A stretch of DNA of 64,000 nucleotides, taken from contig OZ024741.1 in assembly GCA_964016885.1 (NCBI GenBank), positions 50,592,001 to 50,656,000 of the forward strand. Reading direction: 5' to 3'. Shown one piece after another: positions 23,476 to 37,273 of the stretch. The translations under genes and the position numbers were made by a program. This DNA is from Eledone cirrhosa (taxonomy: Eukaryota). Below the pieces are notes generated by a model. That model was not told the origin of the DNA. It did not search any database and saw only the letters and a list, made by a program, of their open reading frames with translations. How positions within the stretch are numbered: the first letter of the stretch is position 1; the number at the start of each line of letters is the position of its first letter.

Positions 23476-25500
23476 TGTAAAATTTGACTTTTATGGGCAG
23501 GTGAAATTAATTAACAGGTGTAAAAGTAATGACTTTATGGATAAACACAAAAATTAAAACTATCTGACTTACCTGCTAAATTTGTTACAAAGAATATCCA
23601 ACAATGACCTAGATTTTGACTTCCAACAATTTTAGCACATTTCCGAACAGGTGAATTAATTTAAAATGCAGGTATAATCAGTACACGGTTTTAGTCTCTC
23701 TACATTTCATGCAAATATTTTCGTTGAAAAAAATGTATAAAACTCTTTCACCAGTCAAAATAATATAGTGTACTGAGTAGATTTATATAACAGAATGTGC
23801 CCAATATATAAGTTCATTAATGGGTGTGACACAGGTGAATGCAGGTGTTTTTGTATCTGTTCCAATATATTTTTAAGATGTTTTTTTTTCAATATTGTCA
23901 GACAATATTTCTATCATGATATTGGCCAAAACGGCCTTTACATAATGGCATTTTGCAAAAAGAACACATAAACGTGGTTTGAATTGCATAACAGTTTTTC
24001 TCTTTTGCAAAGAGCACATTTGGCAAACCTTCCTCCCATTAATTTTCTCCACTTTGTGAAAATCAATATTTTCCGTGTTTACCTCAGATAATTTCGACTT
24101 TCTCCCAGCTTTGTGTTTACGAGAAGAATATCCTCCACGTAGCTGAGAGGCAACGTCTACACGAAATTTCATGTGGCAGTAGTCCTTGTGGCTTTTAGTG
24201 AATACAATAAAAGAATTCACAATGGTTAAATTCACTAAAAACCACAAGATATATTTCCACCATTTCTTTCCAGGGCGTCCAACTGAGTAATACGCGCAAT
24301 ATTGGTCGGATTTGTCAACCCCCACCCATATATTTATTATAGGAGAGGTTGACTAAAGGTTTACCTTCAGCCCAACTCCTGGTTCTTGGTTAGACGATAG
24401 GAACAAAATTTGCCGCTTGTCTTTATACAATGTGGCTAACAAGTTCCCTTTTTGCAATTGGAGAATGTCCCTCTCTCTTTTTAAATTTTGTGATTTTCAT
24501 TTCTTGGGGTAGCCCTTTGCGATTCCCCATTATTGTACCGCAGGTGTACGTATTTATGAGGGCAAGATCCTCTGCTAGACGCACTGAAGAAAAAAAACGA
24601 TCAAAATATGTGTCTGTTGAGAGTGAAAGGGTTCAGAGACCACACATCGTACCCCAAGCCATATGTTCTCTCTCCGTTGTGTTTCTTTCCTGTGTAAACA
24701 TCAAAGTTTACACAGTAGCCTGTGTCCGAGTCACAGAGTTCCCACAACTTGATGCCTCATTTAGTGGGTTTAGCTGGCATGTACTGTCTAAAATGAATCC
24801 TACCCTTATACCCAATCATAGATTTTTCCCAGGTATATACACTGTTTTAAATTTTTCCGAGAGCATTTTAATTACTGGTCGAACTTTATACAGAGCGTCA
24901 TAATTGAAATCATTTCTAGCAGGGGCATCAACCAGATGCAAATATTGGTTTAATTTCAAATACCTTGTTTTGGGCATAATACTTGATATATAAGGGTCGT
25001 TAAACCTTATATCAGTGCTCCAGTAATTCCACAGTCTTGGAAATTGTTTTATACCAAACATAATGTTTATGGTATAAAACGCTTGCATCTCTGCAGCATC
25101 TATCGGTTGCCATAACTGATCGGCTTTTTTTCGATATGAAATCTGCTGTTGGGCATATCGATTCGTCTTTCGAAGAAAGTTTGTGGCAAAAATAATCCAG
25201 TGCTTTAGTATCGGGAGGTAATATATGCTGTGGACCAGTATTTTCAACAAAATCGGGAACATGTATTGGTGTGGTATTTTTCAACCACGTTGCTGAAATC
25301 TTCAATGGCGCCCTGGAGATCTGCTTCGCTTTTACTTTCAAAATAACAATCTTCATCGGACGAAATTTCAGAAATATAAACATCAGATTCATTTGATGAT
25401 ATATCACTAATATTATCGTTTGTTTCTTGTTTATTCTGAATGTCGTCGTGTGTAAAACCTTCAAAGTCGGTATCACTACTTTCAGAAGCCATGTTGATAC
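23141..25500 (-). pseudogene. piggyBac (PGBD4-like) transposase pseudogene and 3' subterminal region, antisense in p23 intron 7
   Basis: YWSTDIRFNDPYISSIMPKTRY, KVRPVIKML, YMPAKPTK*GIK, YFDRFFSS, GVDKSDQ...KWWKYILWFLV and a C-terminal Cys-rich motif. Stops, frameshifts and loss of the first catalytic-D motif. Confidence 0.92.
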
Positions 25501-26932
25501 AAAAATTATCATAATGCATGTGGTGGTCCCCCCCCCCCCCCCCCCCCCCCCCCACACACACACTTCCTATATGACCCTCATGAGGTCTTTCACAACTCTT
25601 TCACCAAGTCCATGCTCCATTTGATTTAAGACTTTCCCTGTATAAACTTGGAAGTCCTTTACTTAGCCATTGTGTGGATCAGCCTGCATCCACACTTTTA
25701 TCTCACACTTTGTTGGCTTCAGTGGAAGATATTGTTGGAAACCAAGTTGTCCAGTGAAAGACATGCCCTCATCAATTGGTTTCACAGTGTGGATTGTATT
25801 GTGACTTCAAGTTCCCACGTATCCTTTCAATAAACTGCCGAACATGGGCAAGTTTGTTGTCAGGGTGGCCACATGCTGGATTCTGTGTGACATCTGAAAT
25901 ATGGAAATACTAGTTCAGTTTGCCCCTTATAATCAATTCCCTTTTACCTGCTGACTGGAATAGTTTATCTTTTAAGAAGTACATGCTTTGATTAAGGACA
26001 GAAACAACTCCCATCACTATCTGAAACAAAATAAAGGCCTTCATTTCCGAAGTAGCTGTGTTTCACCATTTCTGAGGGCCTTTCATTTCAGCATATTAGT
26101 TTCAATTGCCAATCGTCAATTGAACAAATTCTTATTTGAAAGAAGAGAAAAAAAATCTGGTTTGTTCTCAGCACCCAAAACATTAACTGGTCCTGGATTT
26201 CCTCTGAATGCATGATCAACTTCAGAAAATTGATCACTCAATTCCAACATGGGGGTTGCTATTGTCCTCATTTTCACTTGGATTCATAGATATATCTCCA
26301 GAGCCAGATTCTGACATTAACATCAATGTCTGATAAATTCTGTTCTGTTCATTTTCAATAAAAGAATTTTTTTTTTAAATTTATTTTTTTTTTTTTGTTG
26401 CTTCAACTAAGTAAAACCCCTGAAAAAAGTTCTGTTTTCACTCTCTGATGCCATATTTGATGATATAAATTATTGGTACTAAAACGTGTTGCTCGTTCTG
26501 TCTCTAAAAGGAGTCGATTAATTGTAGCGTGCCCTTATATTAAAAAAAATATTTATAAAACACTCCGATTGGTTTAAACTAAAAATAGTTTCCTAATTCA
26601 TCCAATCACTGAGTATTTAGCATCAGAAACAAGTACCTCCTTCAGACCACGACCAGTCATGGTTTGACTAGGAATGTGGAACGTTAATGACTTTCATTGA
26701 CATTTTAATGTCACGACTGCTGTCAGGGTTAGGTACCACATTAGCTAGACATTCTTGAAAAGTAGAAAACATTCAAGTCTCATGCTGCAGATTTCATAGT
26801 TGTGTTTCTCACTATATTTTAATAATTTTAAATATGTTCAAATGTTTGGTTATCTTTTAAGAATGATTGAGAGAACCAGTGAATTGTTTTTTAATGACTG
26901 CCATGTTTAACGTTTTCCTTGTTTCATTTTAG

Positions 26933-26952
26933 GTCTTCCTGACTTGGAATAA
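26933..26952 (+). CDS. PTGES3: p23/PTGES3 exon 8, terminal (CLPDLE*)
   Basis: Strong polypyrimidine tract plus TTTAG acceptor. Gives the conserved p23 C-terminus PDLE and TAA. Spliced CDS is 471 nt = 156 aa. Confidence 0.93.
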
Positions 26953-28040
26953 AACTGGCACACTGCTTGTTGCAGAGCTAACCAGGAGGGATATATTGTC
27001 ATTCTTTCACAGCTACAGCAGTTTTGGCCCCAATTCCTCAAGAACTGTTGTAAACTATCTGCCTGTCAATGCTGCATCACTTCATCAAGATGTATTCTGG
27101 ATATCTCCCTCTCATTTCACTGACTCTTCTGTTTCTTTCTCTTTCATTGTTATTGTAGCTCTATTATTTGCCCATCTTATGCCTTCCGACTCTCTCTTGT
27201 TTTCACAACTATTGTATTAGAAGTCCTTATTGCAGCCTTATCAATAATGTGTTTTGATTTTTTACTTAGCCTCTTTATTTTACTTCTTCCTTCTCACCAG
27301 ATAATTGTATCCTGCCATCCAAATATATCTCTTAAGCAGATATGTTTGTAGCCCTTTCCTGTGAGGGGGATGTAGGAAGAGTAGCTCTTGAGGCAGACGT
27401 TTGATCAATTCGCTGCTGCTGTTCATTCATTAATCTCCCTTTTGTTTCTCTTTCTAACCTATTTCAGTTCATGTTCTTTTTTTTCACCACAGCCACTGCT
27501 AGGCTCCAAGGAAAAAAAAATTAGAATGTTTGGAAGCAATGACATGTTAGAAATTACTGACTTCTGAGTGGAAGGATTGTTTGTGTGAATGTTGGCATGG
27601 ATCTGTGTGTGTGTGTGCTTCAGTGTTCTTTTCTCTCACTTATGTTTTCAGTAGGGTGGCATCTCCTATTGTTAGGAATTACTTGGAAAGAACCAGTCAG
27701 TATGTTACAGCACTCCTCTCTTTTCATCTATTTCAAAATAAATACATCAATAAAAGAAATGGAACAAAGAAAGAAACCAAACAAATTGGTAGTGGGGGGG
27801 AGGGGTTGACCTTTCCCCCCAATAAAGCCATCTTTGTGAGGGTCTGTGTAAGGTGCTGTGCCAGTGTATCAAGTTAGCTGTCAAGGTTGGCAGGAGGGGG
27901 TAGACAAACTCTATCATAACTATGTTATTCCACCTGTTGTTAGTATTTGCCATGTTCTTCAATTTGATATTCTCTCTCACTCTTTCTCTCTCTCTTAGGT
28001 CATTTATCTGTTCAGTTCTAATAAAATTTGAAAGCTATGC
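26953..28040 (+). other. Probable p23 3' UTR
   Basis: Transposon-free U-rich stretch. AATAAA at 27821 and 28020, the latter followed by T-rich sequence. True end unknown. Confidence 0.5.
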
Positions 28041-28689
28041 TTCAGTTGAGTTTTCAAATATTTCTTTTTAAATTAAGCTTTTAACCTTTTGTTTTATTCC
28101 TGTGTTATTTATTTTTTTAAAGATAAAAACAAGCCACAGGTTGAAATGTATCTAAGTTATCTTGAATACATTTCCGTAATTCTTAATGTCCTGTACCACA
28201 TAAGAATGTATTAGCAAGACAGCACTATGACTTGCAAATTTTCACAACTATCTTCCCACTTGTAAAGACATCAAACATTTGAATTAAGAAATCTGTTTTT
28301 AGATATTTTCTGCTAAATCATTACAGGATATTAAATCGAATCTTTTAGACAGAGTAAAGAACATTTTTTTTTTTTTATTCACTTCATCTCTACTTAAACT
28401 TGATATGGCTAAACAAGAGGTCACGTGCAGATTAGCTACAAGTGTTCAATGCTACTGTTAGTATTATTATTCATCATATAGTATATGAAGATTGAGAGCC
28501 AGCTAGTATTTCATTAAACAATCATGTTATTTGACCATTGTGGGGTGTCGATTTAAGATGTGCCTAATGATAGTAGTCTGATAACCCTCCACATTTTCGA
28601 AGTTATTTTACAATGAGCATTGAACCATGGACAAAGGAAAAAATGAGAGGGATGATGACAGCTATGCAAAAGTGGCATGGCCAGTTAAT

Positions 28690-28885
28690 GGTTTCTAATT
28701 TAGGCACAAGGCCAACAATATTGGAGGAAAGAAAAGTTGATTAAATTAACACCAGTGTATAACTGGTACTTTGCCATTCATCCCCGATGAAATAAAGTTA
28801 AACTTTGGGATTTTAAATCAGAATGTAAATAGCTGTAACTCTATGCTATGAAGCATGGTGTCCGACGCTCTACCGATACTGCCTA
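28690..28885 (-). mobile_element. SINE with target-site duplication
   Basis: Second SINE family, flanked by the direct repeat ATGGCCAGTTAAT. Confidence 0.8.
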
Positions 28886-29325
28886 TGGCCAGTTAATAGG
28901 ATTTTATTTGTTTTCAAATTTTTCAGAATGAAATAGTTCAGATTGTGGTGCACTGATTGTATTGCTGACTGCATGAACATTTTAGATTTTTAGCATGAGA
29001 TGTGCCTCCCCAAATAAGGTACATAATCTGCTTGCCAAATAAGGTACATAATCTGCTTGCTTCAATTTTCCTTAATGGAAAAAAAAAAAGTTCACATTTT
29101 ATTCCATATTCCACTGGTTAGTAAAAGGAGCATTAGTTTAAATTGCTCTGGTGTAACAATCATCTATAAATTGCAAACAGCCATTTATCAGTGTTTATAT
29201 AAAGGTACTACTCTACTATTTTGGCATCTGGAAAAAATTGCTTTGTCAACCATTTTAATTTTATCTACAGATAATTGTGCTTTGGGGTTCCAAATAAGTG
29301 GGTGGAAAACCTACATTATCTGTTG

Positions 29326-29360
<35 letters not shown>

Positions 29361-31078
29361 CAAGAATTAGTCGATTAGTTTACATATTGAGACCCCCAAT
29401 CCATCCTATTATTTTATAACATGAGATTACCACTTAAAATAAAATTTCACCAGAGGTAGATTAGCAAAATTTACTTATTATTTGAGACCCGAGAATAAAT
29501 AAATGTGAAACTTTTTAGTCAATGGGGTTTATGTATGTTGGGGTATTGCATCCAAAGGTAGTATTGTTTTGTCCATGGAAAGGCAACGTCATATTTTACC
29601 TGGCAGTACTTTATACCATATCTATTTTTTTTTTTAATTTCTCAAACTTTTAACTTTATTGGATCATGTAGGTAGATGTAATTAACATTTAATTCAATAT
29701 AGATATTATAGTAGTGAACACTATGTATTTGGTCTTAGTCTTATTTATTTAGCTCAGTAAAATATAGTTAAGTTCTGCAAATGAAATATGTTCGTAATTT
29801 GCATAATGTATAGAGACTGAAATCGAATCCTTATTTCATAGGTTGTTGGATTTTAACGTAGTTACTTCCCTTAGATTGTAATATGTAATCTGAGTTGAGC
29901 AATAAAACTTAGGTGGACCAATTCAGAAGTTTTTATTGGTTTGTCATATCAATACAAATAGCACCATCTATTCCACTCTAATGCCTTTCATTACCATATT
30001 TCTAATAGAATATACTGCCTATGATTTTCGATTTATTTTGAAAATAATTTAGAAGCATTTGGTTTTTTTATTCAGTTGCTTTTTGAAGCTTATCAATGGT
30101 TATGTAAAATTATGATGGTTTGAATGTAAATACTTTAAAATGAACGACTTTGCTGATTACCTAACAAACTACTGGATGAAATACTATGCAAGTAGTCAGA
30201 TATACAAGTTGGTAATCATATCTTGATAAATTGACAACCAGAAAAATACAAACTGAACATTGGTTTGGTTTACATACCTTGGCTATAGTCATGATATATA
30301 GTAAAACAATGGTACCACGTGGAGTATTTTTACAGTCTCCTGTCAAAACGAAGCTTGCTGCACATAACCATATTACTTTAATCAGTTTTTCTCTTTTCAT
30401 CAATTCAAGACATTGACAAATTCCTCTATAGAATGCCAGATAAACTACCCTCATCTGGATATGTTTGGGCCAACAATGTAATGTACTTTTTTTGTCACAG
30501 GAATACTACCACTTAAGATCAAATTTTGTAAGAGATAATGCTACCACTTAAAATCAAATTTAGTAAGAGATAGATTAGCAAAGTTTAATAAGTGGAGGAG
30601 GAGTGGTGCGCTATTCAAGATCCAATAAGAGTTAGTGACCTATAATGTAATTGTGTGCTAAGCATATAAATAATATAAACATTCACACAGCCTTAGATAC
30701 CCTTACATTGTACATAGAGTTATTTTCCCATCATTCATCACGAATGACCATAGGTAGAAAGCCCCCCCCCCCCCCCCCCCCCAGTCACAAGCCTGTGCTA
30801 GGTATTTTTATGGAAGATCAGCTGTCATCCATGCATGCAAGTCTCTCCATGGCACCGGTGTTGAAAGGAGAGAATGGCCAATACAGCTTGACACTAGTGA
30901 CGTCGCAATTCATTTCTACAGCTGAGGAACATGAAATAAAGTGTCTTGCTGAAGGACACGCGCACCACTTGGTTTGGGAATCAAACTCAATCTCCTGATT
31001 TTTGAATCCAACTCAGCCATGTGCCTTTACATTGTATATATACAGATATAAATTCATATACATTCACACACACGTGTA

Positions 31079-31121
<43 letters not shown>

Positions 31122-31282
31122 TTTGTTATGCTGTTTGCCAATGGGTAGAACTAGTGGTTTGGTTTGGTAAACGATGATGCAAAAAATCATCGTAGGTGTG
31201 GTTGGTGCAGGAAATGAATAAAGTATTCATTAAAACAAGGCCGGGCTGGAATATTTACTTTAGAATTTTAATTCCATGAAAG

Positions 31283-31351
31283 CACTATATATTTCAATAG
31301 CCGACCCCTATCATCCAGTTATGAGGTAAGACTACACGATTTCATCAGGTG
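31283..31351 (-). ncRNA. Candidate hammerhead with long helix II
   Basis: CAC-CTGATGA-AAT...ATT-GAAA-TATATA-GTG. Helix I is only 3 bp. The tail runs about 160 nt to the (TA)n at 31089-31119. Confidence 0.4.
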
Positions 31352-32699
31352 TTATTTGCAGAATTATATAAGATTACATTAAGCCCAAACTGAATAGAAG
31401 GTAGAAAATAGAGGACTGATTTGATTCAGGGATTGCCTGCTAATTTGGTGTTATATTGATAGCAGACGATCCTCCGAAATATATATATCGTCACTTTAAC
31501 ATCCATTTTCTATGCTAGCATGGGTTGTCCTGCTTGGTTCAACTGACCGTATTTTGCTCATACAGAACTGTTTGTGGTTTGGTTTCTATGGCTGGATGCC
31601 CTTTCTAATCTCAACCACTTTTCAGTGTGGATGGTGTTTTTTGTGTCGCCATCATGACCACTTTAGATATATATATATATATACACACACGCATGTGTGT
31701 ATATATATATTTTCTCTTGTGCTGAACTGCATCACGAAAACTTTGGAGTTTCTAATGACATTCTTTTATAGCTATTTGTCCATTGATTCATATTAGTGAT
31801 GCATGCCTTGATAGTAAAAAAAAAACAGTCATCTTGATTTTGGGTGTTGGCAATGTTGGATATTTCCACTGATAATTTGACTTTGATTGTGTATTGTAGT
31901 CGTATACCGATGTTTTGTCTCCATCACAGTATTCAGGAATGCAGGATCCTAGTTGGCAACATTCAGCAGGTCCTGTACGACCGAAAGAACAAGTTTCTGA
32001 GAAAGCAACTCTGATACAACTATAATAGTTCCACTACGTTAAGGCATGGCCATGGGAGGCAGGTAGGGGAATAGCATCTAGGTTTAAGGGTTAGCCGAGA
32101 ATAAACTAGCTTGATGGCTAATAAGCAAACACAAACTGACGGTGACAACACTTACCAGGATGCAGTAACCCAGCATATAGCACTTGGGTCTATAAATCTG
32201 TACACACTATTTAAAGATACTGCAAATATGCCCCCCCCCCCCCCCCCCACACACACATCTATGGATTAAATAGATGTAGCTCTCTCTCTTCCTCCAGCTA
32301 TCACATTTTTGAAGTTCTGTTGGAATTTCAGGCACTTAAAATAGGCGAAGGTATGACGGAAAAAAAAAAGGTCTGGTGGTGATAGAGAGAGATAACCGGT
32401 GAAGGTAGCTGGCAGAGATTATGATGCCTGTTCCAGGTCTGGTAGTGATAGATAACTAGTAAAGGTGGATGGCAGAAATTGTGGTGCCTGTCCCAGATCT
32501 GGTGGTGATAACTGGTAAAGGTGGCGGGCATAGACAGGTGCCTGCTTCAAATGGGGCGTCTCGGTAAAAGGAGGGATAAAAACTTCACACTCATCTAAAT
32601 TTAACTTGACTGAGGTACCACAGAAAGAAAGCTGCCATAAAGAGACTGGGTACATGGCAAGTTATTAGACGATTCTAAGATGCGAATGCCTTAGTACAA

Positions 32700-33960
32700 A
32701 AAGAATTGTGACTGTTTAAAGACCAATAGTGGGACCAACAAGCAGCTGAAAATCATAGTTGCTTATTCCCACAATGTGAAGACCCTTAATGCCAGTTTAA
32801 GAGGGGTTTCCGGCCCTCAAAATGGTGATAATGCACCAATAAAAAGTAATGATGGTTCACACCTCTACACTGTAAAGTGATATGAAATGCTGGCAGGAAC
32901 ATTGTTGTGAACAAGCCCTCAATTTCTTGCAGGACTCTTGAACATATCTAGCAATTTCCTAGTATGTAGCCAGGACAAAACCGGGAAAAGCTCTTGGTAT
33001 TAACAAAATCCCTATGGAGGTTTATAAATATGGTGGAATGCAATTCTGCTGTAGACTTCTCTAAATCTTCAGGGAACGTTGGAAATGTGGAAACTTACTG
33101 CAACAATTCAAAGATGCACAAATAATTACTATCTACAAGTGGAAGGGTGATTGACAAGTCTGAAAATTACTGAGGAGTTTCCATCCCTCAATTTCAGCAA
33201 AAATACTGCTTATGCAATTACAAAAAATTGCTGAAAGCCAATGTGGATTCTTTGCATCTAGGAACAACACTGACATGATTTTCACCTTGAGACAGATTCA
33301 GGGAAATGCCATTGAACAAAGAGCCCCACTTAGTGTTGTATTCATTGCCTTTATAGAGGTATTTGATAGTGAGGGAAGAGAGGGATTATGGACACTGTTG
33401 AAAAGGTATTGATGTCTGGACAAATTTGTGAAGATAGTCAGGTAGTCCCATAATGGTATGTCTGCTACAGTTTCACTAGGGAGCAACTGCTCAGTTTCAT
33501 TTCCGTTTACACATGGAGTAATGCAAGGCTGTGTATTTACTCCAGTGCTGATTGCATTATTCCTGGATGCTGTGCTTGAAAATATGGCAAGCAACCAAGC
33601 TAACCGTTAGGGTGTATATCAGCACAAGAGTATATGGTGAACTGCTAAAACTATCCAAGCTAAGACCCTCAAGAAAGTGCCATGATATGCGTATCCATAA
33701 GTTTTTGCTGATGACTCAGCTCCAAAACTCTGTTATAAAAATATCATCAAACAACACCTCAACGAAGCAGGTGCAATGATTATGACAACATAATAGAAGA
33801 CGGTACTGACGGCAAAACATGGAGGAGAGCTATAAAAGGAGTAAAAGTTGCAGAATTAAACTTGTCAGAACAAGAACAAACGAGATAAAGAGCCAGAGAA
33901 ATATCTACCACACCAGCACTGCCAACTGTATTCTGTAATATCTGGTGTAAAACAACAAAG
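32700..33960 (+). mobile_element. RTE LINE RT remnant
   Basis: AESQCGFFASRNNTDMIFTLRQIQGNAIEQRAPLSVVFIAF, GVMQGCVFTP, FADDS and TWRRAIKG, with stops. Confidence 0.85.
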
Positions 33961-34534
33961 AGGTGACAAAGTAAGACACTGAGGAGGTCACAGGATGTGC
34001 GATGAAAGACCTTTTACAATCAACAAATGAAAGTAGGCACTGATGAGGTCACAAAGTGTGTAACGAAAGGGCTTTGACAATCATCAAATAAACAACCATC
34101 CAGTTGTTAAACAAAGCGACCGAAAAATTATAATACAAAATTGAAGTGAAACTCAACAGGTGCATGTGTTTTTATTGGCAGCATGACCCTTCCAAAATAT
34201 AACAATAAGTATAACAAGGCATGGGTTGACCCGAGGCTATGGTAAATAGCATATGCTCAAGATTCCACGCAATGGGATCGAACTTCTTAATTATTCGGCC
34301 GTGCCGCGTCCACAACGACATACACTACATAGCAACAAGATAGATAACTCAGTTGCTTGACCTGTTAGAAATAGCAGCCTAACTCCAATCATACCCACCT
34401 TATAAAAAGTAAGGACACAGATAATGTAGCGATAGATATATTGCGTTGGAAAAAGAAAAGTTGGATAGTTTAGATTAGGGTTGGTCTAGGACAAAACAGG
34501 AAAAAACGAAGGACACATTAGATTATGTAGTTAT

Positions 34535-34678
34535 CAGTGCCGGATTTATGACAAATGAGACCCCTTACTTGGGCCCTGAAGGAGGTAAAAAGAATTTTTG
34601 GCAGGAAAATGGGCCCTCTCCTGGTCAACGGGGCCCTGTGCTTAAGCACGCCTAAGCACAAGGGTAAATTTGGCACTG
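34535..34678. mobile_element. hAT (Tip100-like) MITE
   Basis: TIRs CAGTGCCGGATTTA / TAAATTTGGCACTG. 8-bp TSD GTAGTTAT/GTAGTCAT. Confidence 0.8.
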
Positions 34679-34926
34679 GTAGTCATAGATATATTACTGT
34701 ACCTTAAAAAAAAAAATGGGATGATCATGATTGGAAAAGCCTGTATTACAGGTCTGTTGGTTGAAGTTTGAGCTGGGATTAAGCTTTACCTCAACATATT
34801 AGTACATGGTACATATATAATAGCATACATCAAGACACATAACACTATAATACATATATATATATATACATAAGGCACAATTACACAGACAATGTACACG
34901 CAACACTACATATGCAGCACATTATA

Positions 34927-35118
34927 CGAGGGTGTGCTAAAAAGTTCATGGCTTTGGGTAAAATAAAATACAGGAGGATCAATTAATTATGATTTTATTC
35001 AACATATTCCCCTCTCAGATTCCCACACTTACTACAACGGTCCTACATCCCCTGTAAAGGTAACAACTCTACCATTTCGCTATACTCTTAAAGCCAGAAA
35101 CTTTTCTGCGCCCCCTCG
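34927..35118. mobile_element. Tc1/mariner MITE
   Basis: TA|CGAGGGTGTGCTAAAAAGTT ... AACTTTTCTGCGCCCCCTCG|TA; homologous to 20886-21069. Confidence 0.8.
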
Positions 35119-35165
35119 TATATATATAATGCACATTCAACGCAAATACTATTGATATATCTATA

Positions 35166-35503
35166 CAGTTGTCCCCCGTTATTCGCGGGGATTACGTTCC
35201 TAGAGTATCCGCGAAGGGTGAAAAATTGCGAATATTGGACGTGGTCCCATAAAAATGCCTATAAGCGTCAAAATATAACGTAAAATATAATAAAGCGGCG
35301 TCCAGTAGTACGGCAAATACGGTATATTGTTATTAATAATTTAGCGTTGAAAAATATATATATTATCACGAAAAACCCATAAAAAAATCGCGGGAGATAT
35401 TTACGATTCGACGTATATGCGGTGGTTTCCAAGAACAATTATTAGTTAGGTTCTAAGGAATATCCCGCGAATAACCGGGACCGCGAATGCCGGAGGTACA
35501 CTG
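35166..35503. mobile_element. pogo/Tigger-like MITE
   Basis: TA|CAGTTGTCCCCCGTTATTCGCGG ... CCGCGAATGCCGGAGGTACACTG|TA. Confidence 0.75.
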
Positions 35504-36047
35504 TATATACAAGACATTGAACATACATAGAGTAGACATACTATACCTATTACAAACATAAAACGGCTGCCACACGCAATCGAAGATAAATTAGTAGCTA
35601 GAATCGTGATATCGCTAATGGTTTGAAGTGTTCCTATGGTCACGAGATGACCCAAACACTCTCCGAAGGCCCTCACCACACACAGAGACACACGCACACA
35701 TACACACAAAAATACACAACACACACAGACACAACACACAACAACACACACACAACACAAAACACAACACAGACAGACACACACAACACACAACACAAAA
35801 CACACATACACACAACACAACACAGACAGACACACACACACACAGACAAACACCAACACACACAACACATACACTATATACACACATACACACACAGGGC
35901 TAGATTTAATGGGATACAAAGAGGGCAATTATCCCAGGACCCCTACAGTTGGTGGCTCCACCGGCAATGACCATAGCAATTTATTTGTGCCCTTAGCTGG
36001 GCTTTTTAGTTTTAGGATGGTCAGAATGTTAGAATTTTTGAATTTAA

Positions 36048-36397
36048 CCCTTTAATGTTCAAACCGGCCAGAATACTCTCCCTTTTTTCTGTTGAAACCG
36101 GCTGTAACTGGTCGCTCAAACTAATGTTAAGGTATTGTTCTCAAAATAAATACTTTCAAAATTTCGTAGATTCTATATTATTGTTTCTACTTTTGGCACA
36201 AGGCCAGCAATCATACCAGTGCGTTACTGGTACTTTATTTTATCGACCCCAATGGTAACACATTGGTCCGGCAAACCAAAGATGTGGGTTCGTGTCCCAA
36301 GTACTTCAATAGATTCTATATTATGTGAGATAATTATGTGAGGTAAAGCCTTTACCATGAAAATATATAAATATGGAGTAATGTGGATGCTAAAGGG
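36048..36397. mobile_element. piggyBac-type MITE with a nested SINE fragment
   Basis: TTAA|CCCTTTAATGTTCA ... GGATGCTAAAGGG|TTAA. Internal insert is flanked by the direct repeat TAGATTCTATATTAT. Confidence 0.8.
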
Positions 36398-36933
36398 TTA
36401 ATACCTGTATGTATAAGTCTTTAATTCCAATTACTTGCACCAAGCTTTGATATATAAAATTGGGGGTGGGGGTGTATTCTATTTTTTTTAGTATGAGAGC
36501 CCCCCCCCCCAATAAAAACTGAAGCCCCACCAAATTCTGCATACACACACACACGTACACACCCACACAACATGTTATATATTTATTGATTTCTACTTTA
36601 GGCACAAGGCCAGCAATTTGAAGGGAAGGTGAAAGTCTATTATATCGACCCCAGTGCATTACTGGTACTTTATTTTATCCCCCCCCCCCCAAGGATGAAA
36701 GGTAAAGCTAATCTCAGAACAAATTACTGCTAACCTGGTTGTCCGACGCTCTACCGATTTCAGCCCTCAATCTTATACATGGTGTAAGTGTAATGACAGT
36801 GTTGCAATATACATATGATATATTGTAACACTGTCATTACACTTATATCAGACACGTCACACACGTGCGTACTTACATACACACATACACACACACACTC
36901 TTTCTCTCTCTCACACACAAACACACACACCCT

Positions 36934-36964
<31 letters not shown>

Positions 36965-37008
36965 TAATTCAAAATATTAACAAAAATAGACATTCGTGTG
37001 ATCAAGTA

Positions 37009-37075
37009 TATTTTATTATACATATTTCAGAGGTACTGAGTTATCTTCAACAGTACGTCCTCATCAGATAAAATA
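37009..37075 (-). ncRNA. Type I hammerhead ribozyme (family B)
   Basis: TATTTTAT-CTGATGA-GGACGTACTG...CAGTACCTCT-GAAA-TATGTATA-ATAAAATA: 8-bp helix I, helix II GTACTG/CAGTAC. Confidence 0.7.
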
Positions 37076-37215
37076 AGATGATGCATGACATACCCTGACT
37101 AAGTAGATGGTTAAAATTCAGTCATGGCAGTTAAGATCCTCTTCCTGCTATATCAAGCGTTAACCTAATATATCCCTTCCATATACTGTACCGATTGTTA
37201 TTTCTGTTTACCTTT

Positions 37216-37273
<58 letters not shown>

